DNA of 32,447 bases from Betaproteobacteria bacterium. GTDB lineage: Bacteria; Pseudomonadota; Gammaproteobacteria; Burkholderiales; SG8-41. Location: contig JAOUIN010000003.1 in NCBI GenBank assembly GCA_029883965.1, positions 1-32,447 on the forward strand, written 5' to 3'. This document shows positions 1 through 10,238 of the stretch, piece after piece (position 1 is the stretch's first letter; each line of letters opens with the position of its first letter). Below the pieces are notes generated by a model that searched no databases, was not told where the DNA came from, and saw nothing but the letters and a program-made list of their open reading frames with translations. The position numbers and the translations under genes are program-made.

Positions 1-1
1 G

Positions 2-1423
2 GCCAGCGGGGCCTGCTCCAGTGTCGAATTGACCCAAGATTTTTTAAATAAAATCAGCAGGTTAAATGGTGATCTCGGCTGTTTTGTCACGGTAAACGCA
101 GAGCGCAGCCTGGCGCAGGCAGGTGCAGCGGACGCGCAGCGTGCGGCGGGCCGCGCCGGACCGTTGACCGGAATTCCGCTGGCCCACAAGGACATTTTCT
201 GCGCGCGGGACTGGGTGACCACCTGCGGTTCGCGCATGCTCGAAAACTTTGTCGCGCCGTACGACGCGCACGTGGTCGAGCGCTGCAACGACGCGGGCAT
301 GGTGACGCTGGGCAAGACCAACATGGACGAGTTCGCCATGGGGTCATCGAACGAGACTTCCTACTTCGGTCCGGTACGCAATCCGTGGAAACGCAATGCC
401 GTCCCCGGCGGCAGTTCCGGCGGTTCGGCGGCGGCGGTCGCGGCGCGCCTTGCCCCGGCGGCGACCGGCACGGACACAGGCGGTTCGATCCGGCAGCCCG
501 CGGCATTGACCGGAATCTGCGGGCTGAAGCCGACGTACGGCCTGGTGTCGCGTTACGGCATGATCGCGTTTGCGTCGAGTCTGGACCAGGCGGGGCCGAT
601 GGCGCGCAGCGCGGAAGACCTGGGGTTGATGCTGAATGTCATGGCAGGTCACGATGCGCGCGACTCCACCAGTCTGGAACTTCCGGCGCAAGATTATCTG
701 CGTGATCTGGCGCGTCCTGTTACCGGTCTGCGCATCGGTCTGCCGAAAGAGTTTTTTGCTTCGGGCCTTGCACCCGAGGTGCAGCGTGCGGTCGAGTCTG
801 CGATTGCCGAGTACGAGAAACTCGGCGCCAAAGTCGTCGACATCAGCCTGCCCAACATGGCGCTGTCGGTGCCCGTTTACTATGTGCTTGCTCCGGCCGA
901 GGCGTCGAGCAACCTGTCGCGGTTTGACGGCGTTCGCTACGGCCATCGTGCGGCAGGGTATTCCGACCTGTCCGACATGTACAAGCGTACCCGCGCCGAA
1001 GGTTTCGGGGCCGAGGTGAAACGCCGCATCCTGATCGGGACTTACGTATTGTCGCACGGCTATTACGACGCCTATTACATCCGTGCGCAAAAACTGCGGC
1101 GGCTGATTGCAGGTGATTTTGCCGCAGCCTTCAGGCAATGCGATGTCATCATGGGGCCGACCAGCCCGACGACGGCGTTCGGGCTGGGTGAAAAAAGCGC
1201 CGACCCGGTGCAGATGTATTTGTCCGACATTTATACGATCGCGGTGAATCTGGCCGGTTTGCCCGGCATGTCCATCCCGTGCGGATTTGACAGCGGTGGA
1301 TTGCCGGTCGGGCTGCAGATCATCGGCAACTATTTTGCCGAAGCGCAGATGCTTAATGTCGCCCACCAGTACCAGCTGGCCACCGACTGGCATCAGTGCG
1401 CACCGCAGGGGATAGGCGCATGA
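2..1423 (+). CDS. gatA: Asp-tRNA(Asn)/Glu-tRNA(Gln) amidotransferase subunit A (5' end outside window)
   Basis: Frame is open from position 2 ([15 protein letters not shown]...). Amidase signature [13 protein letters not shown] and [12 protein letters not shown], catalytic Lys in AHKDIF, GatA motif [13 protein letters not shown]. Directly upstream of gatB. Confidence 0.97.
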   Translation, partial: ASGACSSVELTQDFLNKISRLNGDLGCFVTVNAERSLAQAGAADAQRAAGRAGPLTGIPLAHKDIFCARDWVTTCGSRMLENFVAPYDAHVVERCNDAGMVTLGKTNMDEFAMGSSNETSYFGPVRNPWKRNAVPGGSSGGSAAAVAARLAPAATGTDTGGSIRQPAALTGICGLKPTYGLVSRYGMIAFASSLDQAGPMARSAEDLGLMLNVMAGHDARDSTSLELPAQDYLRDLARPVTGLRIGLPKEFFASGLAPEVQRAVESAIAEYEKLGAKVVDISLPNMALSVPVYYVLAPAEASSNLSRFDGVRYGHRAAGYSDLSDMYKRTRAEGFGAEVKRRILIGTYVLSHGYYDAYYIRAQKLRRLIAGDFAAAFRQCDVIMGPTSPTTAFGLGEKSADPVQMYLSDIYTIAVNLAGLPGMSIPCGFDSGGLPVGLQIIGNYFAEAQMLNVAHQYQLATDWHQCAPQGIGA

Positions 1424-1440
1424 ACAGGGATGTAAAGCTG

Positions 1441-1574
1441 TTTACCGCCAGGATGCCAGGAGCGCAAGGCAAAAAAGCGGAGGGCCGGAATTCAATGCCA
1501 ACACAGGGCATGATTTCCGGGTTCGTGCAGTGGCGTTTCTTGAGTAATGTTCTTCTTGGCGTCTTGGCGGTGAA
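1441..1574 (+). repeat. Long imperfect inverted repeat / rod-like hairpin in the gatA-gatB spacer
   Basis: Arms 1441-1462 (TTTACCGCCAGGATGCCAGGAG) and 1553-1574 (TTCTTGGCGTCTTGGCGGTGAA) pair over 22 bp on the + strand, 17 Watson-Crick plus 5 G-U. Inner hairpin at 1485-1520. Confidence 0.7.
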
Positions 1575-1586
1575 AAGGGTTTTCCC

Positions 1587-3023
1587 ATGAAATGGGAGAT
1601 CGTCATCGGGCTGGAAACCCACGCGCAGCTGTCGACGGTGTCGAAGATTTTTTCGGGTGCTGCGACCGCTTTCGGCGCCGCGCCGAACACGCAGGCCTGT
1701 GGCGTCGATATTGCGCTTCCCGGGGTATTGCCGGTGCTCAACACCGGTGCGGTCGAGCGCGCGATCCGTTTCGGCCTCGCCGTCGGTGCAAAAATCAATC
1801 CGCGGTCGGTATTCGCGCGCAAGAATTACTTCTATCCCGACCTGCCCAAGGGATACCAGATCAGCCAGTATGAACTGCCCATTGTCGCCGGCGGCACGAT
1901 CACGATCATGGCGGGCGAGACCGAAAAAACCATACGTCTGACCAGGGCGCACCTGGAAGAAGATGCCGGCAAGTCGCTGCATGAGGATTTTCACGGCCGC
2001 ACCGGCATAGACCTGAATCGGGCCGGCACACCACTGCTCGAAATCGTATCGGAACCCGATATGCGTTCGGCTGAGGAGGCCGTCGCCTATGCGCGGGCGC
2101 TGCATACGCTGGTACGCTGGATCGACATCTGCGATGGCAACATGCAGGAGGGATCATTCCGTTGCGACGCCAATGTATCGGTACGTCCGGCGGGGACGAC
2201 CGAGCTGGGGACGCGCCGAGAGATCAAGAACCTGAACAGTTTCCGTTTCCTGCAGCAGGCGATCGAGTACGAAGTGCGTTGGCAGATCGCTGAAATTGAG
2301 GACGGGCGCACAATCCGGCAGGCAACCGTACTGTTCGATCCGGATACCGGTGAAACGCGGATGATGCGCACGAAGGAAGATGCGCATGATTACCGGTATT
2401 TCCCTGATCCCGACCTGCTGCCATTGGAAGTTACGGCAGAGCGCCTGGAGGCAGTCCGCGCCGCATTGCCGCCGTTGCCGCAGATTCGGCGCGCACAATT
2501 TTCGGCGGAGTATGGTCTGACCGCGTACGATGCGGGCCTGCTGACGGGCAGCCGCGAACTTGCAGATTACTTTGCCGCAGCTGCTGCCGGGGCCGATGGC
2601 AAGACGGGCAAATTGTGCGCGAACTGGATTACAGGCGCTTTAAGTGCGCGGTTGAACGAGGACGGGCTCGATATTGCGCAAAGCCGGGTCGGCGCATTGG
2701 CACTGCGCCGTCTGGTCGATCGGATTGCCGATGGCACGATCTCCGGAAAGACCGCCAAAGATGTTTTTGACGCCATGTGGGCTGGCGAGGGTGATGCGGA
2801 CACCATCATCGCAGCCAAGGGCCTTAAACAGATTTCGGACAGTGGAGAGATCGAAAAGATTGTCGATCAGGTGATCGCAGCCAATGCGCAGCAGGTCGCC
2901 GACTTCAGGGCCGGCAAGGAGAAAGCGTTCAATTCGCTGGTGGGGCAGGCGATGAAGGCGACCCGCGGCAAGGCCAATCCGCAGCAGGTGAACGAAATAC
3001 TGCGGCGCAAGCTCGCCGGCTGA
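1587..3023 (+). CDS. gatB: Asp-tRNA(Asn)/Glu-tRNA(Gln) amidotransferase subunit B
   Basis: N-terminus [15 protein letters not shown]; motifs [53 protein letters not shown]; C-terminal Yqey-like region [13 protein letters not shown]. Confidence 0.98.
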   Translation: MKWEIVIGLETHAQLSTVSKIFSGAATAFGAAPNTQACGVDIALPGVLPVLNTGAVERAIRFGLAVGAKINPRSVFARKNYFYPDLPKGYQISQYELPIVAGGTITIMAGETEKTIRLTRAHLEEDAGKSLHEDFHGRTGIDLNRAGTPLLEIVSEPDMRSAEEAVAYARALHTLVRWIDICDGNMQEGSFRCDANVSVRPAGTTELGTRREIKNLNSFRFLQQAIEYEVRWQIAEIEDGRTIRQATVLFDPDTGETRMMRTKEDAHDYRYFPDPDLLPLEVTAERLEAVRAALPPLPQIRRAQFSAEYGLTAYDAGLLTGSRELADYFAAAAAGADGKTGKLCANWITGALSARLNEDGLDIAQSRVGALALRRLVDRIADGTISGKTAKDVFDAMWAGEGDADTIIAAKGLKQISDSGEIEKIVDQVIAANAQQVADFRAGKEKAFNSLVGQAMKATRGKANPQQVNEILRRKLAG

Positions 3024-3040
3024 CGCAGAGCCGGGCAGCG

Positions 3041-3727
3041 CTATTTTTTGGGTGCAGGCTTGGGATCCGGAGACGCGGCCGGGGACCGGAGGCCCTTCAA
3101 TTCGATGAAACGCGCTTTTTGCTGTGCATAACTGTCGCTGATGCGCCCCTTGTCTTTTTCCTTGTCTGCGATGCGTGCCTGCAAAGCTTCTTTTTCCTCG
3201 GCGGCACGTTTCAGATCTTCCTTGATGTTTGCGGGCACCGGTTTGCCGGTTTTCTCAAAGTTGGCGTAGCGTTTTTGCTGGGCTGCATATGCGTCATCGG
3301 CACCCTTCTGCGCCGATTTCAATTGCTGAATCTGCAGATCGACAACCTGGACTTCACGGTCGCGGCGGATGTCGATTTCCTTGGGCGTGACATAGGTGTT
3401 CAGCAGGGCCGTGTCCTGACGCCGCTGTTCCGCACGGCGGTGTTCTTCCTCGGCTCTCTGGGCGGCCTGTCTTTTCTCTTCGTCGCGCATGCGCGCGGCC
3501 TCTTCCGCCGAAACACTGGTTTCGCGCGTGATGCCGCGGCTGTCCAGCCGCTTTGACTCGTTGTCCTGGTACTCGGGCGGCACCCGGTCGCCACAGCCGA
3601 TGACCTTGCCTGCCTTGTCTTTCCAGCAAATGATTTTCTGCCCCTGAACTGCGGGCGCCATCATCATCATGGCCACGATTGCCGCGGTACCGGCGAGCAA
3701 GGATACGGATGTTGGATAGTTACGCAT
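3041..3727 (-). CDS. Exported coiled-coil protein, DUF4124-like N-terminal domain
   Basis: Signal-peptide-like N-terminus, then [21 protein letters not shown] (DUF4124-like) and a long charged helical region ([12 protein letters not shown]). Overlaps the pyrE stop by 8 nt. Confidence 0.7.
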   Translation of the reverse strand: MRNYPTSVSLLAGTAAIVAMMMMAPAVQGQKIICWKDKAGKVIGCGDRVPPEYQDNESKRLDSRGITRETSVSAEEAARMRDEEKRQAAQRAEEEHRRAEQRRQDTALLNTYVTPKEIDIRRDREVQVVDLQIQQLKSAQKGADDAYAAQQKRYANFEKTGKPVPANIKEDLKRAAEEKEALQARIADKEKDKGRISDSYAQQKARFIELKGLRSPAASPDPKPAPKK

Positions 3728-4370
3728 TTTTTACCCCATATTGTTCGCGGTAGGCAGCGACTGCAGCGAGCTGCGGTGCCATGCCCCTGCTGTTTTCAAG
3801 AAACCCGATCAGGTCATCCAGCGTGGCGATGCTTATGACCGGCATGCCATACAGGCGTACGACTTCCTGCGTGGCCGACAGTTCCGCCGATCCGCGCTCC
3901 ATGCGGTCCAGTGCGATCAATACTCCGGCAGGCGTTGCGCGCGACGCGCGTATCAACTCGACGGACTCACGCACGGACGTTCCCGCCGAAATGACATCAT
4001 CAACAATCAACGCGCGCCCTACCAGCGGAGCACCGACGACATTGCCGCCTTCGCCATGGTCCTTGGCCTCCTTGCGGTTGTAGCTGAATGGCACGTTGTG
4101 ATTCGCATCAGCAAGAGCGATTGCCACGGCAGCCACCAGGGGTATGCCTTTGTAAGCGGGACCAAACAGCATGTCGAACGGAACGTCGGCCGCTGCTATG
4201 GCTTTCGCGTAAAATTGCGCAAGCTGTCGCAGTGATTTGCCGTCGCAGAACAGACCGGCATTGAAAAAATACGGTGAAAGGCGTCCGGCTTTGGTTTTGA
4301 ACTCACCGAAAAGCAGCACTTTGGTGTCGATCGCGAAGCGGATGAATTCCTGTCGGAAGTTGGTTGCCAT
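3720..4370 (-). CDS. pyrE: Orotate phosphoribosyltransferase
   Basis: Start taken at ATG 4370 ([13 protein letters not shown]). Motifs [41 protein letters not shown] and the PRPP-binding [11 protein letters not shown]. Confidence 0.97.
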   Translation of the reverse strand: MATNFRQEFIRFAIDTKVLLFGEFKTKAGRLSPYFFNAGLFCDGKSLRQLAQFYAKAIAAADVPFDMLFGPAYKGIPLVAAVAIALADANHNVPFSYNRKEAKDHGEGGNVVGAPLVGRALIVDDVISAGTSVRESVELIRASRATPAGVLIALDRMERGSAELSATQEVVRLYGMPVISIATLDDLIGFLENSRGMAPQLAAVAAYREQYGVKNA

Positions 4371-4449
4371 AACTGTGTGTAGACCGGGTATCTGCGGCAG
4401 GACCAAACAGCGTGCTGAACAATAACGCTGATCTGCCGGATTGAAAATG

Positions 4450-5226
4450 ATGAAAATTATAACCTTGAATCTCAACGGCATCCGTTCGGCGGCACGCAAA
4501 GGTTTTCTGGAGTGGCTGCCGCGCCAGCGCGCGGATGTGATCTGCGTCCAGGAAATCAAGGCGCAGGCTGACGATATGACTGCGGACCTGCTGGCACCGG
4601 CCGGATACCGGGGACATTTTCACTACGCGGAAAAAAGGGGCTACAGCGGCGTCGGCATTTACGCCCGGCGTGCGCCTGACCGGGTGACGGCAGGCCTCGG
4701 GGTGGCTGAAATCGACAGGGAAGGCCGATTCCTGCGGGCGGATTTCGGCAACCTGTCGGTCATCTCGCTGTACCTGCCTTCGGGGTCGAGCGGCGAGGAC
4801 CGGCAGCAGGCGAAATTCCATTTCATGAAAAAATTCTTTCCTCATCTGAAGCGGCTGCGGAACAGCGGCCGCGAAATCGTGTTGTGCGGCGACTGGAACA
4901 TCGCCCACAAGGAGATTGATCTGAAGAACTGGCGCGGCAACCGCAAGAATTCCGGATTTCTTCCCGAAGAGCGGGCGTGGCTTTCACAGATATTCGACGA
5001 GCTCGGCTGGGTCGATGTCTTTCGCGGTATTGATGCCCGTCCGGACCAGTACACCTGGTGGTCGAATCGCGGTCAGGCCTGGGCCAAGAACGTGGGCTGG
5101 CGGATCGACTATCAGATCGCTACACCGGGCGTCGCAGCAACCGCCAGGCGTGCGGCGATCTACAAGGATGAGCGGTTTTCAGATCACGCGCCGCTGATTA
5201 TCAGCTACGACGGGAAACTGACTTGA
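4450..5226 (+). CDS. xth: Exodeoxyribonuclease III (AP endonuclease)
   Basis: [47 protein letters not shown] and SDHAP: the ExoIII catalytic residues are intact. Start could be ATG 4447 or 4450. Confidence 0.93.
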   Translation: MKIITLNLNGIRSAARKGFLEWLPRQRADVICVQEIKAQADDMTADLLAPAGYRGHFHYAEKRGYSGVGIYARRAPDRVTAGLGVAEIDREGRFLRADFGNLSVISLYLPSGSSGEDRQQAKFHFMKKFFPHLKRLRNSGREIVLCGDWNIAHKEIDLKNWRGNRKNSGFLPEERAWLSQIFDELGWVDVFRGIDARPDQYTWWSNRGQAWAKNVGWRIDYQIATPGVAATARRAAIYKDERFSDHAPLIISYDGKLT

Positions 5227-6482
5227 CCCAGCCGGCGCGTCTGTCCTGGCGCGAGACGCTGGCCGCGGCATTCAGCGGGCGCATGCTGGTGGCGTTGCTG
5301 ATGGGTTTTGCGTCGGGGTTGCCCTTGCTGCTCACAGGGTCGGTGCTGCAGGCCTGGCTGAAAGACGGCGGTGTCGATCTGACACGCATCGGCCTGTTTG
5401 CGTTGATCGGGTTGCCGTACACGCTGAAGTTTCTCTGGTCCCCGTTGTTTGATCGTTACGCCCCGCCGTTGCTGGGCCGTCGCCGCGGCTGGCTGACCAT
5501 GATGCAGTTTGCCCTTGCCGCCGCGATATTCATGCTGAGTGCTGCCGAGCCGTCCCCGGAGCATTTGGGGCTGATCATGCTGGCCGGCCTGCTGGTGTCT
5601 TTTTTTTCCGCCTCTCAGGACATCGTCATCGATGCCTATCGCCGCGAGAGCATGGGGGAGGCCGAGCTTGGGCTCGGCTCTGCGCTTTACGTGAACGGAT
5701 ACCGGCTGGGCATGCTGCTTGCGGGCGGCGGCGGGTTGATCCTCGCGGACTGGCTTTCGTTCGAGACCATGTACCGGATCATGGCCGTGTGCATGGTCGC
5801 CTGCGTGGCGGTAACTCTGCTTGCGCCCGAGCCGCAGTTACCTGAAGGCAGGCCGCGAACACTGCATGAAGCCGTCGTGTTGCCGTTCCGGGACTATTTT
5901 TCTCGTCAGGGCGCCTGGCTGATCCTGGCATTTATTCTGCTCTACAAACTGGGCGATACCATGGCGTCGGCGATGACCACGCCGTTTTATCTGGATCTCG
6001 GTTACAGCAAGACCGAGATCGGCGCCGTCGTCAAACTGTTCGGTTTCTGGGCGACGATTGCCGGCGGTACGCTGGGCGGGCTGTGGATCCTGCGGGCCGG
6101 CATGCACCGTGCGCTGTGGGTTTTCGGATTCGGGCAGATGCTGTCTACGCTGGGTTTTGTCGTGCTGGCGTACTACCCGCTTAATGTGGGCGCACTGGCC
6201 GCTGTTGTTGCCATCGAGAATCTGACCGCCGGGATGGGCACCGCCGCATTCGTCGGATTCATGGCGGCACTGACGGACCGCCGCTTTACCGCGACGCAGT
6301 ACGCGCTGCTGTCGAGCCTGATGGGCGTGCCGCGGGTGCTGCTGGCCGCACCAACCGGCTGGTTTGCGCAATTACTGGGCTGGCCGGGATTCTTTCTGAT
6401 GTGCGTGCTGATCGCGATTCCCGGCCTCATGCTGCTGCGCAGGGTAACGCAGCTCGACGGGCAGCCTCAGCCACCGAAGTGA
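5223..6482 (+). CDS. ampG: AmpG-family muropeptide MFS permease
   Basis: LMGFASGLPLLL, LPYTLKFLWSPLFDR, FFSASQDIVIDAYRRE, LLYKLGD and TATQYALLSSL motifs; about 12 hydrophobic segments. Confidence 0.92.
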   Translation: MTQPARLSWRETLAAAFSGRMLVALLMGFASGLPLLLTGSVLQAWLKDGGVDLTRIGLFALIGLPYTLKFLWSPLFDRYAPPLLGRRRGWLTMMQFALAAAIFMLSAAEPSPEHLGLIMLAGLLVSFFSASQDIVIDAYRRESMGEAELGLGSALYVNGYRLGMLLAGGGGLILADWLSFETMYRIMAVCMVACVAVTLLAPEPQLPEGRPRTLHEAVVLPFRDYFSRQGAWLILAFILLYKLGDTMASAMTTPFYLDLGYSKTEIGAVVKLFGFWATIAGGTLGGLWILRAGMHRALWVFGFGQMLSTLGFVVLAYYPLNVGALAAVVAIENLTAGMGTAAFVGFMAALTDRRFTATQYALLSSLMGVPRVLLAAPTGWFAQLLGWPGFFLMCVLIAIPGLMLLRRVTQLDGQPQPPK

Positions 6483-7063
6483 TACACCGCCAGTTCGCCC
6501 AGAAGATTGGGCAGTGACGTAACCGGTTTTCCGTCCGTCAGCACGGTGCGTGCGACGATATTGATCCCGCGCTCGTCACAGAATTTTTCGAAATCGGAAA
6601 CCGTGCACAAATGGATGTTGGGCGTGTTGAACCATTCGAACGGCAGTTTTTTGGAAACCGGCATGTGTCCCAGCAACACCTGCACACGATTTTTCCAGTA
6701 GCCGAAATTCGGGAATGTGACGATGCCGGCCCTCCCGACCCGCAGCATTTCCTTCATGATGCGTTCGGTATTGCGCATCGCCTGCAGCGTTTGTGACAAC
6801 ACCACAAAATCGAACGAGTTGTCTTCAAATTCGGAAAGGCCGCGCTCCAGGTCGCTCTGAATGACGTTGACTCCGTTCTTCACGCAGGCCAGTATGTTGC
6901 CGTCGTCGATCTCGACGCCATAGCCGGTGATGTCGCGGGTCTGCTGCAGGTATTTCAGCAAAGTGCCGTCGCCGCACCCCAGATCGAGCACGTGTGCGTT
7001 GCGATGCACCGTCCGGGCAATCGCCGCAAAGTCCGGCCGTTGCGTGCCGTTAATTACGGTCAT
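6467..7063 (-). CDS. metW: Methionine biosynthesis protein MetW (SAM-binding fold)
   Basis: [34 protein letters not shown] and [11 protein letters not shown]; 4-nt overlap with metX. Confidence 0.95.
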   Translation of the reverse strand: MTVINGTQRPDFAAIARTVHRNAHVLDLGCGDGTLLKYLQQTRDITGYGVEIDDGNILACVKNGVNVIQSDLERGLSEFEDNSFDFVVLSQTLQAMRNTERIMKEMLRVGRAGIVTFPNFGYWKNRVQVLLGHMPVSKKLPFEWFNTPNIHLCTVSDFEKFCDERGINIVARTVLTDGKPVTSLPNLLGELAVYHFGG

Positions 7064-8214
7064 GATTCAATTTCCCGGTGCACGCGTTCAAAATAGGCTG
7101 CCACCAGCCGGTGGTAGCGCGGGTCGTCGAGCAAAAACGCATCGTGGCCGTGTGGTGCATCGATTTCCGCATAGGTCACGCGCACGCGATTGTCGAGCAG
7201 CGCGTGCACGATCTCCCGTGAGCGTTCCGGTGAAAAGCGCCAGTCGGTGGCGAACGATATTACGAGTACGCTACTGGCTACCTTTTTCAGCGCCTTGGTC
7301 AGGTCGCCGCCATGCTCCAGGGCCGGATCGAAGTAGTCCAGAACCTTGGTGATACGCAGATACGTATTGGCATCAAAGTGATCCGCGAACTTGTTGCCCT
7401 GATGGCGCAGGTAGGACTCGATCTGAAATTCGGTGTCGAAGTTGTAATTGAGCTTGTCGTGCTTCAGCTGCCGGCCGAACTTGTTCGCCATCTCGTCGTC
7501 CGACAGATACGTGATGTGGCCGACCATGCGTGCGACGCGCAGACCGCGCTTGGGTGCCGTACCTTTGGCCAGGTAATGGCCATCGTTGAAATCAGGATCG
7601 GTGATGATCGCCTGACGGGCGACCTCGTTGAACGCAATGTTCTGTGCCGACAGGTTGGGTGCGCAGGCGATGACAATGCTGTGACGCAGGCGCTGCGGAT
7701 AGCGGATGGACCAGGCCAGTGCCTGCATGGCGCCGAGGCTGCCGCCCATGACTGCGGCAAACTGTGATATGCCCAGTTGATCTGCGAGCCGCGCCTGCGC
7801 ATCGACCCAGTCCTCCACGGTGATGACCGGGAAATCGCCGCCCCAGGTCCTGCCGGTGTCGGAGTTGACGCTCAGCGGCCCGGTCGAGCCGTGACAGCCG
7901 CCGATATTGTTGACGCCGATGACAAAGAACCTGCGGGTATCGAGCGGCTTGCCGGGCCCGATCATGTTGTCCCACCACCCCACGTTGTCAGGGGCGTCCG
8001 CGTAGTAGCCGGCTACATGATGTGATGCGTTGAGCGCATGGCAGACCAGTACGGCATTGGAACGGTCTGCGTTGAGTTCGCCATAGGTCTCGTAAACGAG
8101 TTCATAGTCGCGCAGTACCGTGCCGCCGCGCAGCACAAGCGGTTCCGCGAACCGCGCGGTCTGCGGCGTCACGACGCCAACCGAATTTTCCGGTTCTTTG
8201 ATCGATTCACGCAT
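7060..8214 (-). CDS. metX: Homoserine O-acyltransferase (MetX family; acetyl vs succinyl not determined)
   Basis: [19 protein letters not shown], nucleophile elbow GGSLGAMQA and HGHDAFL; paired with metW. Confidence 0.95.
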   Translation of the reverse strand: MRESIKEPENSVGVVTPQTARFAEPLVLRGGTVLRDYELVYETYGELNADRSNAVLVCHALNASHHVAGYYADAPDNVGWWDNMIGPGKPLDTRRFFVIGVNNIGGCHGSTGPLSVNSDTGRTWGGDFPVITVEDWVDAQARLADQLGISQFAAVMGGSLGAMQALAWSIRYPQRLRHSIVIACAPNLSAQNIAFNEVARQAIITDPDFNDGHYLAKGTAPKRGLRVARMVGHITYLSDDEMANKFGRQLKHDKLNYNFDTEFQIESYLRHQGNKFADHFDANTYLRITKVLDYFDPALEHGGDLTKALKKVASSVLVISFATDWRFSPERSREIVHALLDNRVRVTYAEIDAPHGHDAFLLDDPRYHRLVAAYFERVHREIES

Positions 8215-8227
8215 TTTCGTCAGCCAT

Positions 8228-8257
8228 AAAAAAACCCCGCAGCCTGCGCTCCGGGGT
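8228..8257 (-). terminator. Intrinsic terminator/attenuator in the metX leader
   Basis: Minus strand reads ACCCCG-G-AGC-GCAG-GCT-G-CGGGGT followed by a T-run. It lies between the SAM-II aptamer and the metX ATG. Confidence 0.75.
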
Positions 8258-8274
8258 CATGAGAATTCATTCAT

Positions 8275-8325
8275 CTCTTTAGCCGGATTTATTACGCGCC
8301 CGCAAGCTGATTCAAATCGGCGCGA
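8275..8325 (-). ncRNA. SAM-II riboswitch aptamer
   Basis: Minus strand TCGCGCCGATTTGAATCAGCTTGCGGGCGCGTAATAAATCCGGCTAAAGAG. P1 CGCGCC/GGCGCG plus the conserved GAUUU, UUGC and AAAU..GCUAAA landmarks of SAM-II, in its typical location 5' of metX. Confidence 0.9.
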
Positions 8326-8338
8326 AAACTGTGCAATT

Positions 8339-8367
8339 ACGTTACCTGCGCGGCGTTACCTTGTCAA
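8339..8367 (-). promoter_or_regulatory. sigma70 promoter for the SAM-II/metXW transcript
   Basis: TTGACA (8367-8362), 17-nt spacer, TAACGT (8344-8339). The start site would fall just 5' of the aptamer. Confidence 0.7.
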
Positions 8368-8384
8368 ATCCGGGGGCCTTTTTT

Positions 8385-10112
8385 TCAGGCGTTGAGCTTG
8401 TCCAGCATGCTCCGAAGTTTGACCGGATCCGTGGCCTTGAGCATTTTCTTGGCGATGGGCCGGATATCGGGCAGACTCGTTTTGAGCACGCGCTGCTTGA
8501 CGTCGGGCAAGTGTGCGGAGTGCATGGACAGCCGCCGCAGGCCCAGCGCCAGCAGCAGCCTGGTCAGCGTCACATCGCCGGCCATTTCGCCGCAGACTGC
8601 GACGGGGATCTGCGCCTTGCCGGCGGTCGTGAATATGTGTGAGAGCAACGTCAATACGGCCGGGTGCAACGGATCATAGAGATGGGCCACGGTGTCGTCG
8701 GTGCGGTCGACTGCCAGCATGTACTGGATCAGGTCGTTCGTGCCTACAGAGAGAAAATCAAGGCGCTTCGTCAGCAGACCCAGGGCCAGCGCGGCGGCTG
8801 GTATTTCCACCATGCCGCCTATCTGGACATCGCGATCGTACGTAACGCCCTCGTCGTCCAGACTGCGCTTCGCCTGTTCGACCAGTTGCAGCGCCTGATC
8901 AATTTCGCTGGCATTCATCAGCATCGGGATCAGGATTTTCATGCTGCCGTAACTGGATGCCCGCAGCATGGCGCGCAACTGCGTGACGAAGCGTTTTGGT
9001 TCGGTCAGGCACAGACGGATCGCGCGCAGCCCCAGTGCCGGATTGGGCGCCAGGCGGGCGGTATCGTCAATCTGCTTGTCCGCACCTAGATCATAGGTCC
9101 GGATGGTGACCGGGTATCCCTGCATTTCCTCGAGAACCATGCGGTAGGCTTCGAATTGTTCGTCTTCGGTAGGCAGGTCGGGGCGGTTGAGGAACAGAAA
9201 TTCAGTCCGGAAGAGACCGATGCCGGTGGCGCCACTGTCAATTGCCAGCGCAACATCACCGGGCAGTTCGATATTCGCGTGCAGCTCGATGTCGGTGCCA
9301 TCCAGGGTGCGTGCCGGCGTATCGCGCAGTCGTTTGAGCTTCTGTCGCTCCAGGCCGAACTCACGCTGGCGCAACTGGTATTCGGCGAGCACCTGCGGAT
9401 CGGGATCGACGATGATCACGCCCTGTGTGCCATCGACGATGATGATTTCATTCTCGCGCACCAGCTGGCGTGCGTGGTGCAGCGCGACGATACAGGGGAT
9501 GTTGAGGCTGCGCGCCACAATGGCGGTATGAGATGTTGCCCCGCCCAGATCGGTTACGAAGCTGGCGAACTGGTGCTGCTTGAACAGGACGACGTCAGCC
9601 GGCGACAAGTCGTGTGCCACGAGCACAAGATTCCGGCCGGAGTCGCTTGCCGGCGGTGGTACGTAACCGGGCTGGCCCGAGAGCGCTTTCATGACGCGCT
9701 GCGCGACCTGAATGACATCGGTCCGGCGCTCCCGCAGATAAGTGTCTTCGATTGCGTCGAATTGCTGCAGCAACTCGTCGGTTTGCACCTGCAGCGCCCA
9801 TTCGGCATTGCAGTTCTCGGTTTCGATGATTTTTCGCGGCGTGATGGACAGCGTCGCATCGTTGAGGATCATCAGATGTAAGTCGATGAATGCGGCGAAC
9901 TCAGCCGGTGCGCCGGCGGGTACGACGCTGCGCACCTGATCGAGTTCGTTACGTACGGTATGCACGGCGCGCTCGAAACGCGCAATCTCTTCCGTCACTT
10001 GTTCCGCCGGGATGTCGTAATGCGCCGCTTCAAGTTTTGTGTGCGACACGAGGTGCGCGTGGCCGATTGCAATGCCACCCGAAACGCCGATGCCGTGTAT
10101 GGTGAAACTCAT
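8385..10112 (-). CDS. ptsI: Phosphoenolpyruvate-protein phosphotransferase (PTS Enzyme I)
   Basis: Phospho-His motif GGATSHTAIVARSL, plus GIGLFRTEFL, NPALGLRAIR, FLSVGTNDLIQY and VCGEMAGD. Confidence 0.96.
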   Translation of the reverse strand: MSFTIHGIGVSGGIAIGHAHLVSHTKLEAAHYDIPAEQVTEEIARFERAVHTVRNELDQVRSVVPAGAPAEFAAFIDLHLMILNDATLSITPRKIIETENCNAEWALQVQTDELLQQFDAIEDTYLRERRTDVIQVAQRVMKALSGQPGYVPPPASDSGRNLVLVAHDLSPADVVLFKQHQFASFVTDLGGATSHTAIVARSLNIPCIVALHHARQLVRENEIIIVDGTQGVIIVDPDPQVLAEYQLRQREFGLERQKLKRLRDTPARTLDGTDIELHANIELPGDVALAIDSGATGIGLFRTEFLFLNRPDLPTEDEQFEAYRMVLEEMQGYPVTIRTYDLGADKQIDDTARLAPNPALGLRAIRLCLTEPKRFVTQLRAMLRASSYGSMKILIPMLMNASEIDQALQLVEQAKRSLDDEGVTYDRDVQIGGMVEIPAAALALGLLTKRLDFLSVGTNDLIQYMLAVDRTDDTVAHLYDPLHPAVLTLLSHIFTTAGKAQIPVAVCGEMAGDVTLTRLLLALGLRRLSMHSAHLPDVKQRVLKTSLPDIRPIAKKMLKATDPVKLRSMLDKLNA

Positions 10113-10238
10113 GGTGGACCTTGGACGGACGCGCTGACTGCGCAGATTATTGTGACAGGACCCTCAGGACGTATTCTGCCCGTTGCGGACAGGTCCCTCA
10201 ATCCTCAGAGCGCATTGTGTCCCGGACGCTCCGGAAAA

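Noticed and set aside
1396-1590. 64-aa ORF spanning the gatA-gatB spacer
   Set aside because: No recognisable family and not GatC-like; the region is better explained by the inverted-repeat hairpin.
4371-4559. N-terminal extension of the pyrE ORF in the track
   Set aside because: It overlaps the divergent xth gene, and PyrE similarity begins at ATG 4370.
4450-5226. Possible Crc catabolite repression protein (pyrE-divergent position as in Pseudomonas)
   Set aside because: The ExoIII catalytic motifs GDWN and SDH are intact, so an active AP endonuclease is the better call.
6467-6482. 16-nt tail-to-tail overlap of ampG and metW
   Set aside because: Short convergent overlaps are common in compact genomes; no further evidence of antisense regulation.
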